Positions 52,185-63,377 of a stretch of 64,000 nt of DNA are shown here, piece by piece; within the stretch, counting starts at the first letter, position 1; each line of letters starts with the position of its first letter. The translations under genes and the position numbers were made by a program. The stretch comes from Pristiophorus japonicus (Eukaryota): the NCBI RefSeq assembly GCF_044704955.1, contig NW_027254382.1, forward strand, positions 62,001 to 126,000. Direction: 5' to 3'. The notes below the pieces were generated by a model that searched no databases, was not told where the DNA came from, and saw only the letters and a program-made list of their open reading frames with translations.

Positions 52185-54943
52185 CAACATTCAGGAAGGA
52201 TAGAATAAAAGGAAAAGGAAGTGGGGTAGCATTGCTGGTTAAGGAGGAGATTAAGGCAATAGTTAGGAAGGACATTAGCTTGGATGATGTGGAATCTATA
52301 TGGGTAGAGCTGCAGAACACCAAAGGGCAAAAAACGTTAGTGGGAGTTGTGTACAGACCTCCAAACAGTAGTAGTGATGTTGGGGAGGGCATCAAACAGG
52401 AAATTAGGGGTGCGTGCAATAAAGGTGCAGCAGTTATAATGGGTGACTTTAATATGCACATAGATTGGGCTAACCAAACTGGAAGCAATACGGTGGAGGA
52501 GGATTTTCTGGAGTGCATAAGAGATGGTTTTTTAGACCAATAAGTCGAGGAACCAACTAGGGGGGAGGCCATCTTCGACTGGGTGTTATGTAATGAGAGA
52601 GGATTAATTAGCAATCTCGTTGTGCGAGGCCCCTTGGGGAAGAGTGACCATAATATGGTGGAATTCTGCATTGGGATGGAGAATGAAACAGTTAATTCAG
52701 AGACCATGGTCCAGAAGTTAAAGAAGGCTAACTTTGAAGGTATGAGGCGTGAATTGGCTGGGATGGATTGGCGAATGATACTTCAGGGGTTGACTGTGGA
52801 TGGGCAATGGCAGACATTTAGAGATCGCATGGATGAACTACAACAATTGTACATTCCTGTCTGGCATAAAAGTAAAAAAGGGAAGGTGGATCAACCGTGG
52901 CTATCAAGGGAAATCAGGGATAGTATTAAAGCCAAGGAAGTGGCATACAAATTGGCCAGAAATAGCAGCGAACCTGGGGACTGGGAGAAATTTAGACCTC
53001 AGCAGAGGAGGACAAAGGGTTTGATTAGAGCAGGGAAAATGGAGTATGAGAAGAAGCTTGCAGGGAACATTAAGACGGATTGCAAAAGTTTCTATAGATA
53101 TGTAAAGAGAAAAAGGTTAGTAAAGACAAACGTAGGTCCCCTGCAGTCAGAATCAGGGGAAGTCATAACGGGGAACAAAGAAATGGCGGACCAATTGAAC
53201 AAGTACTTTGGTTCGGTATTCACGAAGGAGGACACGAACAACCTTCCGGTTATAAAAGGGGTCGGGGGGTCTAGTAAGGAGGAGGAACTGAGGGAAATCC
53301 TTATTAGCCGCAAAATTGTGTTGGGGAAATTGATGGGATTGAAGGCCGATAAATCCCCAGGACCTGATGGACAGCATCCAGAGTACTTAAGGAGGTGGCC
53401 TTGGAAATAGTGGATGCGTTGACAGTCATTTTCCAACATTCCATTGACTCTGGATCAGTTCCGATGGAGTGGAGGGTAGCCAATGTAACCACACTTTTTA
53501 AAAAAGGAGGGAGAGAGAAAACAGGGAATTATAGACCGGTCAGCCTGACATCGGTAGTGGGTAAAATGATGGAATCAATTATTAAGGAATTTCATAGCAG
53601 TGCATTTGGAAAGAGGTGACATGATAGGTCCAAGTCAGCATGGATTTGTGAAAGGGAAATCATGCTTGAAAAATCTTTTGGAATTTTTTGAGGATGTTTC
53701 CAGTAGAGTGGATAAGGGAGAACCAGTTGATGTGGTATATTTGGACTTTCAGAAGGCGTTCGACAAGGTCCCACACAAGAGATTGATGTGCAAAGTTAGA
53801 GCACATGGGATTGGGGGTAGTGTACTGACATGGATTGAGAACTGGTTGTCAGACAGGAAGCAAAAAGTAGGAGTAAATGGGTACTTTTCAGAATGGCAGG
53901 CAGTGACTAGTGGGGTACCTCAAGGTTCTGTGCTGGGGCCCCAGCTGTTTACACTGTACATTAATGATTTAGATGAGGGGATTAAATGTAGTATCTCCAA
54001 ATTTGCGGATGACACTAAGTTGGGTGCCAGTGTGAGCTGCGAGGAGGATGCTGTGAGGCTGCAGAGCGACTTGGATAGGTTAGGTGAGTGGGCAAATGCA
54101 TGGCAGATGAAGTATAATGTGGATAAATGTGAGGTTATCCACTTTGGTGGTAAAAACAGAGAGACAGACTATTATCTGAATGGTGACAGATTAGGAAAAG
54201 GGGAGGTGCAAAGAGACCTGGGTGTCATGATACATCAGTCATTGAAGGTTGGCATGCAGGTGCAGCAGGCGGTTAAGAAAGCAAATGTAATGTTGGCCTT
54301 CATAGCAAGGGGATTTGAGTACAGGGGCAGGGAGGTGTTGCTACAGTTGTACAGGGCATTGGTGAGGACACACCTGGAGTATTGTGTACAGTTTTGGTCT
54401 CCTAACCTGAGGAAGGACATTCTTGCTATTGAGGGAGTGCAGCGAAGGTTCACCAGACTGATTCCCGGGATGGCGGGACTGACCTATCAAGAAAGACTGG
54501 ATCAACTGGGCTTGTATTCACTGGAGTTCAGAAGAATGAGAGGGGACCTCATAGAAACATTTAAAATTCTGACGGGGTTAGACAGTTTAGATGCAGGAAG
54601 AATGTTCCCAATGTTGGGGAAGTCCAGAACCAGAGGTCACAGTCTAAGGATAAGGGGTAAGCCATTTAGGACCGAGATGCGGAGGAACCTCTTCACCCAG
54701 AGAGTGGTGAACCTATGGAATTCTCTACCACAGAAAGTTGTTGAGGCCAATTCACTAAATATATTCAAAAAGGAGTTAGATGAGGTCCTTACTACTAGGG
54801 GGATCAAGGGGTATGGCGAGAAAGCAGAAATGGGGTACTGAGGTTGAATGTTCAGCCATGAACTCATTGAATGGCGGTGCAGGCTAGAAGGGCCGAATGG
54901 CCTACTCCTGCACCTATTTTCTATGTTTCTATGTTTCTATGTT
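52185..54943 (+). mobile_element. Young CR1 LINE, 5'-truncated in the APE domain, antisense in the IgM CH2-CH3 intron; RT ORF 53600-54841 is open
   Basis: [40 protein letters not shown]; only one stop and two frameshifts; tail TTTCTATG x3. Confidence 0.97.
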
Positions 54944-55339
54944 TACACCCATCTGTAGATCTATGCATCCAAACGCATCTCCGCTGGTTATAATAGTGTA
55001 ACCCAAATAGCCCGAAGGTCGAGAGGTCTACACCAGCATTACTCTGGTTCAAAACAAGTGTCAAATTAATTTCAGGATTTATGGGACAGCAGGAAACAAA
55101 GTTATGTTTCTGGTCACTTGCTGTGATCTTTATTGCGGTGAAAATGTGCAGGAACCAGTCACAGCCCCCGTCAGAGGAGAAGTTCAAGGTCGGGAGAATG
55201 GAGTTCCAAAGGGTCTTTTGTGGTGGGGCATCATTTGTAATGATGTGATGTAGTTTGTTAATTTCTGTCGTTACTGAACATTTATCATGTCTGGTAAGAG
55301 AGAGTCAGAGTTAAATATGATCTCAGGGCATTAATAGCA

Positions 55340-55835
55340 ACATAGGAACAGGAGGAGGCCATTCAGCCCATCCATCCTGTCCCGCAATCCAGTTAGATCA
55401 GGGCTGATCTACACTCAACACCATATTCACGCCTTAGTTCTGTAACACTTGATAATCTTGCCTAACAAAAATCTATCAATCGCAGTTTTCAATTGAAACC
55501 AAGCTTCAGCAGCTTTTGGGGAGGGAAATCCAGACTTCCTGTGAAGAAATCCTTCCTGACATCACTTCCGCACGATCTCGCTCTAATTATAAGATTCTGC
55601 TATTTGTTCTGGACTTTTCCATCAAAGGAAATAATTGTTCTATATCTACTTGATCAATTGTATTTATCTACTTGAACACCTCAATTGTATCACCTCTTAA
55701 TATTCTCTACTCGTCTCCTCATCATTTTATTTTATTAGCTCCGGTATCATTCGGATAAACCTGCACTTTACCGCCTCCATGACCAGTATGTCCTTCCTGA
55801 GGTGCGGAGCCCAGAATTGGACTCAGCGCTCTGAA
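55340..55835 (-). mobile_element. Old CR1 3' fragment
   Basis: acataggaacaggaggaggccattcagccc.. through tccttcctgaggtgcggagcccagaa. Confidence 0.8.
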
Positions 55836-56029
55836 TAGGGTAGATGCCCATTCCAACAGTGGGTTCCTGGACAGTTAGCAGTAAAGGGTTCCAGACTCCG
55901 ACTGCCGCTCCGTATATGATCAGCCAACTCAGGATAAACCTGAGAATACGGGCACGTCACTCACTGCCTGAAATCAGAGCAGGGGGAAAGCTTCGTTGGC
56001 GAGTTTATTAAATCCTGAACAATGAGGAA

Positions 56030-56460
56030 TCCTGAACCAGAAGATCGTGAGTTGAAGTCTCACTCCAGATACTTGATCACAAAATGTAAGCTGAGTCTCC
56101 CAGTGCAGTACTGGGGGCGTGGTGCACTATCGGAGGTGCCGTCTTTCGGATCATATGTTAAACCGCGGATCCGTCTGGCCTCTTGGGTGGACGTAAATGA
56201 TTCCCTGGAACTATTTCAATGAAAAGCCGAGGACTTTTCCTTCGTGGCCTGGGAATATTTATAGGTCAAAAAACACCACTAAGCAAAATATAATCTGGTC
56301 ATTAACACACTGCTGTTTGTGGGAGATTGCTGTGCACTAAATGATTGCTGCACGTTGTACATTACAACTGTGACCACATTTCACAACTTAATTCATTGGC
56401 TGGCAAGCGATTTGGTTCAGCCTAAGGTCGCTGAAGGCGCTGTTTCAAGGCAAGTTTGTA
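56030..56460 (+). mobile_element. Deu-domain SINE
   Basis: cccagtgcagtactg..gcactatcggaggtgccgtctttcggat..gttaaaccg plus L2-like tail. Confidence 0.85.
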
Positions 56461-56591
56461 ATCACAAGAATATACAAACTGCATGATTGGAAATTAGGAA
56501 TAGTTCGGTGCTTTTTACTAATTTCAATAAAAGTCCTGACTGAGATCAGCGCTCAGAATGGTCTGTAACCTCTCGGGATTGTGCTTCTTAC

Positions 56592-56909
56592 TCTGAGATC
56601 TGGTGAAGTTACGGCTTTGCGTGACCACTTCATGAGTGACCTAGCAGGTGTAGACCGAGCCGGTGAACCATTCCTCGGCGGGGACTGTCAGCCGACTGGC
56701 CGCCGAGAAGTTCCCGTTCACCTCAAAGACGGGAGAGGTGACGAAGCCCGAATCCATGAGTTGTCCACTCTCCAGCCAATTCACGGTCAGTGACCTTGGC
56801 CGGAAATCGATGATTGAACACACGGCGCTTGCATATCTGCTGCTGGTGATTTGTTCAGTAGAACTCAGCGTGAGGAGAACAGTTGGAGGAATGATGTCGC
56901 GTTCAGGAT
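56592..56909 (-). pseudogene. IGHM: IgM CH2 exon (premature TAG at 56641-56643)
   Basis: tcttgaag|..[87 protein letters not shown]|gtaaga. Confidence 0.96.
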
Positions 56910-57029
56910 CTTCAAGAGAAGACAAATTATTGACATTGCTTGCAAAATCAATCATTAAGAAATGCAAAGTGTCCTTATATTTTAACAGGTTCCTCGCTGT
57001 CAGACTAACACTAACCTGGCATTTACAGA

Positions 57030-57470
57030 GAGCAGAACTGTGCACAGTCTTCTCAGTGTAATCTGCAGACCGGAACTGTGCATAATATTCTTAGTATGAT
57101 CTGGAGACCAGAACGTTACACAGTATTCCAAGAGTGATTAGGAGACCAGAACTGTAAACAATATTCTTGGCATGATATTGAGACCTGAACTGTGGACAGT
57201 ATTCTAAATGTGATATGGAAACCAGAACTGTGCATAATATTCTAAGTATGATAGAGAGACCAGAATTATACACAGTATTTTAATTGTGATATGGGAGACC
57301 AGAACGGTGCACAGTATTTTAAGTGCGATAGGGAGACCAGAACTATACACAGTACTCTAAGTGTGATCTGGAGAACAGAACTGTACACTTCATTCTAAGT
57401 GTAATATGGAGACCAGAACTGTACACAGCACTCTAAGTGTCGTCTAACCAAATTTCTGTACAAGTTGAAC
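57030..57470. repeat. CR1-derived ~39-bp minisatellite, ~11 copies, in the CH1-CH2 intron
   Basis: Unit ggagaccagaactgtacacagtattctaagtgtgat.t; its reverse complement encodes HLEYCVQFWS of CR1 ORF2. Confidence 0.9.
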
Positions 57471-57518
57471 ATACCTTCTCATCTTATCACAGTTTGCCCT
57501 GTATTCCACATCACTAAC

Positions 57519-57706
57519 CTGGCATTGTGATGGCCCAGACCGACACACCACGTCAAACCTCGCAGTAGATGGTGCTACTGCACACCTCTGACTCGGTGAT
57601 GGTTAACCGGCTCTTTATCTTTCTTCCAGGAAAGGCTGGTGATTTTATCTTTCTTCCAGGAAAAGCTGGTGATTTTGGGGGAGTAGTCCATCGCCAAACA
57701 GCGGAA
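57519..57706 (-). pseudogene. IGHM: IgM CH1 exon remnant (5' end missing, 30-bp tandem duplication, internal deletion, stop)
   Basis: FRCLAMDYSPKITSFSWKKD-KITSLSWKKD-KEP//RLTITESEVCSSTIYCEV*RGVSVWAITMP|gttagt. Confidence 0.92.
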
Positions 57707-57859
57707 GCAGTTTCTCCCTACTCAGCGCACTATGATCTGGGCTCTATTCCATCCTATTGAATGGACGTCTCTTGAGTTTCCTCCTTCCTCCCACTCAATA
57801 AATAATCCGAATTAAATACCATTACAAAATCCGGTTAATTGGAAGTTTCTCCTTAAAAC

Positions 57860-58130
57860 GGTCCATTTCAATTCCCATTGTTGTTCTTGTTATATAACAA
57901 TGACCTGGACTTGGTTATAGGGATTCCATCTCGAAGTTCGAAGTTGAAGCAAAACCTGGCAACGTAGGCAATAGTGAGCATGATAGTAACAGACTTGAAG
58001 AGGAATCAGAGAGACGAGTGAAATGGGCCGGGACATGGCAGTGCAATTTAATGCGGATAATTGAGAAGCGGTATACTTTGGGTGGAACATGGAGAGGCAG
58101 TATCATCTAAATAGTATTGTTTTGAGGGGA
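57860..58130 (+). mobile_element. Old CR1 RT fragment
   Basis: tatataacaatgacctggactt..tggcagtgcaatttaatgcggataa.tgagaag. Confidence 0.65.
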
Positions 58131-58282
58131 TACAAAAACAAAAATATCTGGATATTGCCCCCGTGTCAATATTACTAAAAATGTTCGTAAATGCTCACTG
58201 AAAGCCGATGTGTATGTGTTTGTATGTGGGGTTGGGGTTGAAGCCCAGATTCTCACAGAGACAGAATCCAGGTTCTCACAGG

Positions 58283-58363
58283 ACCAGGATAGCCGAGTGG
58301 TTGAGGCGTTGGCCTTAAAATTCAATGGTTTTCCCCGCGTGGGTTCGTACCCCACTCTTGGTA
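58283..58363 (+). tRNA. tRNA-Leu(TAA)-like, probably a pseudogene
   Basis: ACCAGGATAGCCGAGTGGTT..CTTAAAA..GTGGGTTCGTACCCCACTCTTGGTA; several substitutions relative to vertebrate Leu-TAA. Confidence 0.85.
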
Positions 58364-59072
58364 TCTCTTTAATTTAACACGGATTTGCTCCCATTCTGAT
58401 CAATGAGTCCGGATTTTCATCGGTTGAATCAGCAATTTTCTGTAACAATGTGACACTCTGAACCGATAATGAAATGAAATTGTGAAATGTATCTGTGTCG
58501 TTCGGTCTCTGCCTCTCTCTCTCTCTTCAGAGAGTTTTGTATGTTTGTGTCTTTGTCTCTCTCAGTCTGACTCACTCTGTCTGTCCCTGGTTCCCTGTTT
58601 GTCTCTGTCTCTCAATCTGTCTCTTTCTCACGGTGCCACATCTGTTCCAATGGGATTCTCTCAGACTCTTTGTCTGACTGGCTCTCTCTTTCCCATCATT
58701 TCGGTCTGTCCATGTCTTTGCCTGTCTCTGTGAGTCCCTGCCTGTAAGCTGAGAAGTATTTCCTTCATTTTCTGTTTTAGTCTCTATCGCTCTCTCTCTA
58801 TCTGTCTCTCTCCTTGTCACTGTGTTTATCACTGTCTTTCTCTCACTCTTTCCCTCTCTCTCTTAATAGATCACACACACACATCACTGTATATGTATAT
58901 GTTTGAGTCTTTTTCTCACTCAGTCTGCCTCTCCTTCTCAGTCTCACACTTTCTGTCTCTCGTTGTCTCTATCTCGCTGTCTGTCTCTCCATGTTTGTCG
59001 GTTTGTCTCTGTCTCTCTATGTGTCTGTCGACTTATTTTCACAGCTCGATAACTGCTTCACCACAACCCGTA

Positions 59073-59144
59073 TTCTCATCCGCATAGTGGTGACTATCCC
59101 TGCCTGTTACGTGGGAGAACCGGGTTCAATTCCCCAATAAACAA
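59073..59144 (+). tRNA. tRNA-Asp(GTC)-derived pseudogene (anticodon now GTT; acceptor stem broken)
   Basis: ATAGTGGTGACTATCCCTGCCTGTTACGTGGGAGA..GGGTTCAATTCCCC. Confidence 0.8.
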
Positions 59145-59363
59145 GCAGCTTTTCCAAAATGTCGAATTTTACTTCTGTTTCTTGGTATAGATTCATATTA
59201 AAAAGTTTCAGAGCAATATAGAACAGTAAAGATACAGCAAGAGGAGATTGACTCTTCCAGATTTTTTGCAAACGGAGACTTTTTCAGGATTCTGTGGCCG
59301 TCTGCTGCACAGAGATGGATGACTGAGTTTTTTCTGAGCAACATTTAAAGTGCCAGAGACGCA

Positions 59364-59445
59364 GTAGTTGTCGCCGAGTGGTTAACGCGATGTTCTCGAA
59401 ATCCTTTGGGTTTACCCCGCGCAGGAACGAATCCTGCCGGCTCTG
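59364..59445 (+). tRNA. tRNA-Ser-derived pseudogene (anticodon reads CGA; T-loop mutated)
   Basis: GTAGTTGTCGCCGAGTGGTTAACGCGATG..CCCCGCGCAGGAACGAATCCTGCCG. Confidence 0.82.
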
Positions 59446-59979
59446 ATTCTCAGCATTTTTCATTCCATTTTACAATTTAACCAGGTTTTTGCAAAACTGA
59501 TCCTGAGATCGGCGGAAGAACGTCCCACCCCTTTCAACACTGAAATCTATTTCTCATTTTTTGCAATATCTCAATATCTGCAATATTCACGATGCATACA
59601 GATAGAAAAACGCAAAAATCAGCCTAAGTAGCGAAAGTGATTCAGCCTGTCTATCCCTCTATATGTATAAGGCATCTGTGCATGTCCGTTGGTGCATGTA
59701 TATTTTTGGTTATTGATGTGTGTGTGTCGCTGTGTCTGTCTATCTGTATCTATGTCCCTGTTTATGTGCAACTGTCTGTGAAAATCATCACCATGAATTT
59801 GGTATGTTCTGGAACTTTTAAAAAAGACTTGGGGAAAATAATACGGTTGTGAACTTTGGTATCGGCTTTGGTTCAGTGGCAGCATCCTCGACTGAAAAAC
59901 GCAAAAGCCAGCCAAAGTAGCGACAGTGACCCTGCCTGTCTATCCATCTATTTGTCTAAGGCAACCTATGTATATCTTG

Positions 59980-60680
59980 ATCTGGGTGTCATGGTACATC
60001 AGTCATTGATTGTTGGTATGCAGGTGCAGAAGGCGGTAAAGAAGGCAAATGGCATGTTCGCCTTATGAGCGAGGGGATTTGAGTATAGGAGCAGGGAGGT
60101 TTTACTACAATTGTACAACTTGGTGAGGCTACACCTTAAATATTGTGTTCAGTTTTGGTCTCCAAATCTGAGAAAGGACGTTCTTGCTATTGAGGGAACA
60201 CAGCGAAGGTTCACCAGCATGATTCCCGGAATGGCAGGACTGACATATGACGAGAGACTGGATCAACTGTACTGGTATCCACTGGAGTTTAGAAGAATGA
60301 GAGGGGATCTCATAGAAACATATAAAATTCTGACGAGATTGGACAGCTTCGAGGCTGGAAGAATGTTCTCGTTGCTGGGGTGTTCGAGACCAAGGATCAC
60401 AGTCTAAGAATAAGGTGTAAGCAATTTAGGACCGAGATGAGGAGAAACTTCTTCATGCAGAGAGTGGTTAACCTGTGAAATTTTCTACCGCAGAATGACG
60501 TTGAGGCCAGTTCGTTAGATATTTTCAAAAGGGCCCTTATGGCAAAGGGATCAAGGGGTATGGAGAGAAAGCAGGAATGGGGTGCTGAGGTTGAACGATG
60601 AGCCATGATCTTATTGAATGCTGGTGCAGGCTCGAAGGGCCAAATGGCATATACCTGCACCTAATTTCTATATTTCTATG
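59980..60680 (+). mobile_element. 5'-truncated CR1 within cassette unit 1
   Basis: [23 protein letters not shown]; hairpin and tail. Confidence 0.93.
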
Positions 60681-60869
60681 TTGATGCGTGTACATCTTTG
60701 GTTATTGTGTGTACATGCCTATCTGTATGCATGTCTCTGTGTACGTGCAACTCTTTGTGGAAATCATCACGATGAATTTGGTACATCCTGGAACTTTTTA
60801 AAAAACTTGCGGAAAATAATATGGTTGTGATCTCTGATATCGGTTTTGGTTCAGTGGCTCCATTCTCGA

Positions 60870-61095
60870 CTGAATCAGGAGGTTGTGTGTGTAAGTCCCA
60901 CTTCTGTGACTTGAACACATCATCTTGGCTGACACTCAAATGCAGTACTTGGGGAATGTTGCATTGTTGAAGCTGTTGACCATCGGCTGAAATTTTAAAT
61001 TGAAGCTCCATCTACACCCTCGGGTGGATGTGAAAGTTCCCAGAGCCTTAGTCGAAAAAGAATAGGAGAGTTGCGCCCGTGTCAATATAACGAAA
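60870..61095 (+). mobile_element. Degenerate Deu-domain SINE fragment at the unit junction
   Basis: ggctgacactcaaatgcagtact.ggggaatg.tgcattgt..ctcgggtggatgtgaaag. Confidence 0.65.
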
Positions 61096-61202
61096 AATGT
61101 TCGTAAATGCTCCCTGAAATCCTATGTGTCTGTGTGTCGCTGTGGGCGTGGAGCTGAAGCTCAGATTCTCACAGGCAGAGTCCAAGTTCTGACAGGATCA
61201 GG

Positions 61203-61285
61203 ACCAGGATGGCCGAATGGTAAATGCGTTGGACTTAAGATCTAATGGGTTTATACCCGCGTGGGTTTGAACCCCAGTCCTGGTA
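61203..61285 (+). tRNA. tRNA-Leu(TAA)-like, probably a pseudogene
   Basis: ACCAGGATGGCCGAATGGT..GGACTTAAGATCTAATGG..GTGGGTTTGAACCCCAGTCCTGGTA; B-box TTC->TTT. Confidence 0.87.
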
Positions 61286-62485
61286 ATTCCTTAATTAAAA
61301 GTAGATTTTTCCCATCCTGCTCAGTGATACACGATTCTCAAATGCTGAATCTCCAATTTTCTGTAACGATATGACACTCTGAGTCTATAATGAAATGAAA
61401 TTGTGAAATGTATCTGTGTCGCTCGGTCTCTGCCGCTCTCTCTCTTTAGAGAGCTGTGTTTGTGTTTGTGTGTTTGACTCTTTGTCTCTCTCAGTCTGCC
61501 TCTCTCTGACACACTCTGTCTGTCCCTGTTTCTCTGTTTGTCTCTGTCTCTCAATCTGTCTCTTTCTCACGGTGTCTCGTTCTGTTGCAAAGGGATTCTC
61601 TCAGACTCTCTGTCTGACTGTCTCTCTCTGTCCCATTATCTCTGTCTGTCCATGTCTTTGTCTGTCTCTGTTAGTCCCTGACTCTAACCTGATAAGTATT
61701 TCCATTATTTTCTGTTTTTGTCTCTGATAATCTCTCTCTCTATCTGTCTTTCTCTCTATTTGTCTCCCTCTTTGTCTCTCTCTTTGTCCCTGTCCTTTTC
61801 TCTGTCATTCCATCGTTATTTGCCTCCCTCTCTTTAAGGAGCACGCAAATGCATCTCTGTGTATGTATGTGTTTGAGTCTTTTTTCATTTAGTCTGGTCC
61901 TCCCTTTCAGACTCAATGTTTATGTCTCTCTTTGTCTCTATCTCACTGTCTGTCTCTCCCTGTTTCCCTGTTTGTCTCTGGTTCTCAATGTGTCTGTCTC
62001 TTTCTCACCGTGTCCAGTTCTGTTCGAATGGGATTCTCTCAATCTCTCTGTCTGACTGTCTCACTCTTTCCCATCATCTCTGTCTGTCTATGTTTCTGCC
62101 TGTCTGTCTCTCTTTGGCTGTCGCTGGTAGTTCCTGTCTCTAACCTGCTGAGTATTTCCATCATTTTCTGTTTATATCTTTGTCTCTCTCTCTATCTGTC
62201 GCTCTCTCTCTATCTGTCTCTCACCTTGTCACTGTCTTTATCACTGTCTTTCTCTCACTCTTTCCCTCTCTCTTTTTATAGATCACACACACGCATCTCT
62301 CGTTATATTAAGGTGTTTGAGTCTTTTTCTCGCTGACTCTGACTGACTTTTCAGTCTCACGCTTTCTGTCTCTCGTTGTCTCTCTCTCGCTGTCTGCCTA
62401 TCCCTGTTTATCGGTTTGTCTCTGTCGAGCAATGTTTCTGTCGACTTCGGTTCACAGCTAGATTACTGCTCGGATGCAACCCGTT

Positions 62486-62558
62486 CTCTCGTCCGTGTCG
62501 TGCCGATTATGCCCCCCTTTTCCGCGGGAGAACCAGGTTCAATTCCCCGACGGAAAAG
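62486..62558 (+). tRNA. Heavily degenerate tRNA-Asp pseudogene
   Basis: CGCGGGAGAACCAGGTTCAATTCCCCGACGG; positional paralogue of 59073. Confidence 0.7.
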
Positions 62559-62773
62559 CAGCTTTTTCTAAATGTCGAATTTTACTTCTGTTTCGTGGTA
62601 TAGATTTTATTAAAAAGTTCCACAGCAATATAGAACAGTAAAAATACAGCAAGAGGAGATTGCCTCTTACAGATCTTTTGCAAACGGAGACTTTTTCAGG
62701 ATTCTGTGGCCGTCTGTTGCAGAGATGGATGACTGAGTTTTTTCTGAGTAACATTTAAAGGGCCAGAGAAGCA

Positions 62774-62855
62774 GTAGTTGTTGCCGAGTGGTTAAAGCGA
62801 TGGTCCAGAAATCTTTTCGGTTTTCTGCGTGTAGTTTCGAATCCTGCCGACTACA
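62774..62855 (+). tRNA. tRNA-Ser(AGA)-derived pseudogene
   Basis: GTAGTTGTTGCCGAGTGGTTAAAGCGATGGTCCAGAAATC..TTCGAATCCTGCCGACTAC. Confidence 0.82.
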
Positions 62856-63377
62856 ATTCACAGCATTTTTCATTCCATTTTACAATTTAACCAGGTTTTT
62901 GCAAAACGGATCCTGAGATCGGCAGAATAGCGTCCCACACATTTCAACACTGACATCAATTTCTCATTTTTATTCATCTGCAATATTCATGATTCATACG
63001 GATAGAAAAACGCAAAAATTAGCCAAAGTAGCGACAGTGATTTAGTCTGTCTATCCGTCTATATGTCAAAATCATGTCTGTTGGTGCATGTATATTTTTG
63101 GTTATGTGTGTGGGTGTGTGTGTCTCTGAGTCTTTCTATCTGTATATATGTCTCTGTGTATGTGCAACTGTCTGTGGAAATCATCACCATGAATTTGGTA
63201 TGTGCTGGAACATTTTTAAAAAGACTTGGGGAAAATAATACGGTTGTGAACTTTGGTATCGGCTTTGGTTCAGTGGCAGTTTCCTCGACTGAAAAACGCA
63301 AAAGACAGCCAAAGTTGCGACAGTGACCCTGCCTGTCTATCCATCTACTTGTCTAAGGCAATCTTTGTATATCTTGA

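Larger units (their letters stand above)
58155..61070 (+). repeat. Tandem tRNA-cassette unit 1 (~2.9 kb)
   Basis: Unit start cccgtgtcaatat.ac.aaaaatgttcgtaaatgctc recurs at ~61077; same tRNA order, spacers and CR1. Confidence 0.92.

Noticed and set aside
57030-57470. CRISPR-like appearance of regularly spaced repeats (also 44540-44830 and 46075-46395)
   Set aside because: Head-to-tail units without unique spacers, no cas genes, vertebrate context.
59484-59492. GGTTTTTG(C) as an RSS nonamer (also ~62894)
   Set aside because: No heptamer at 12/23 spacing and no J-like WGxG; it is part of the tRNA-cassette spacer.
58482-62336. Cys/Leu/Ser-rich ORFs resembling membrane proteins
   Set aside because: Translations of (CT)/(GTCT) low-complexity spacers.
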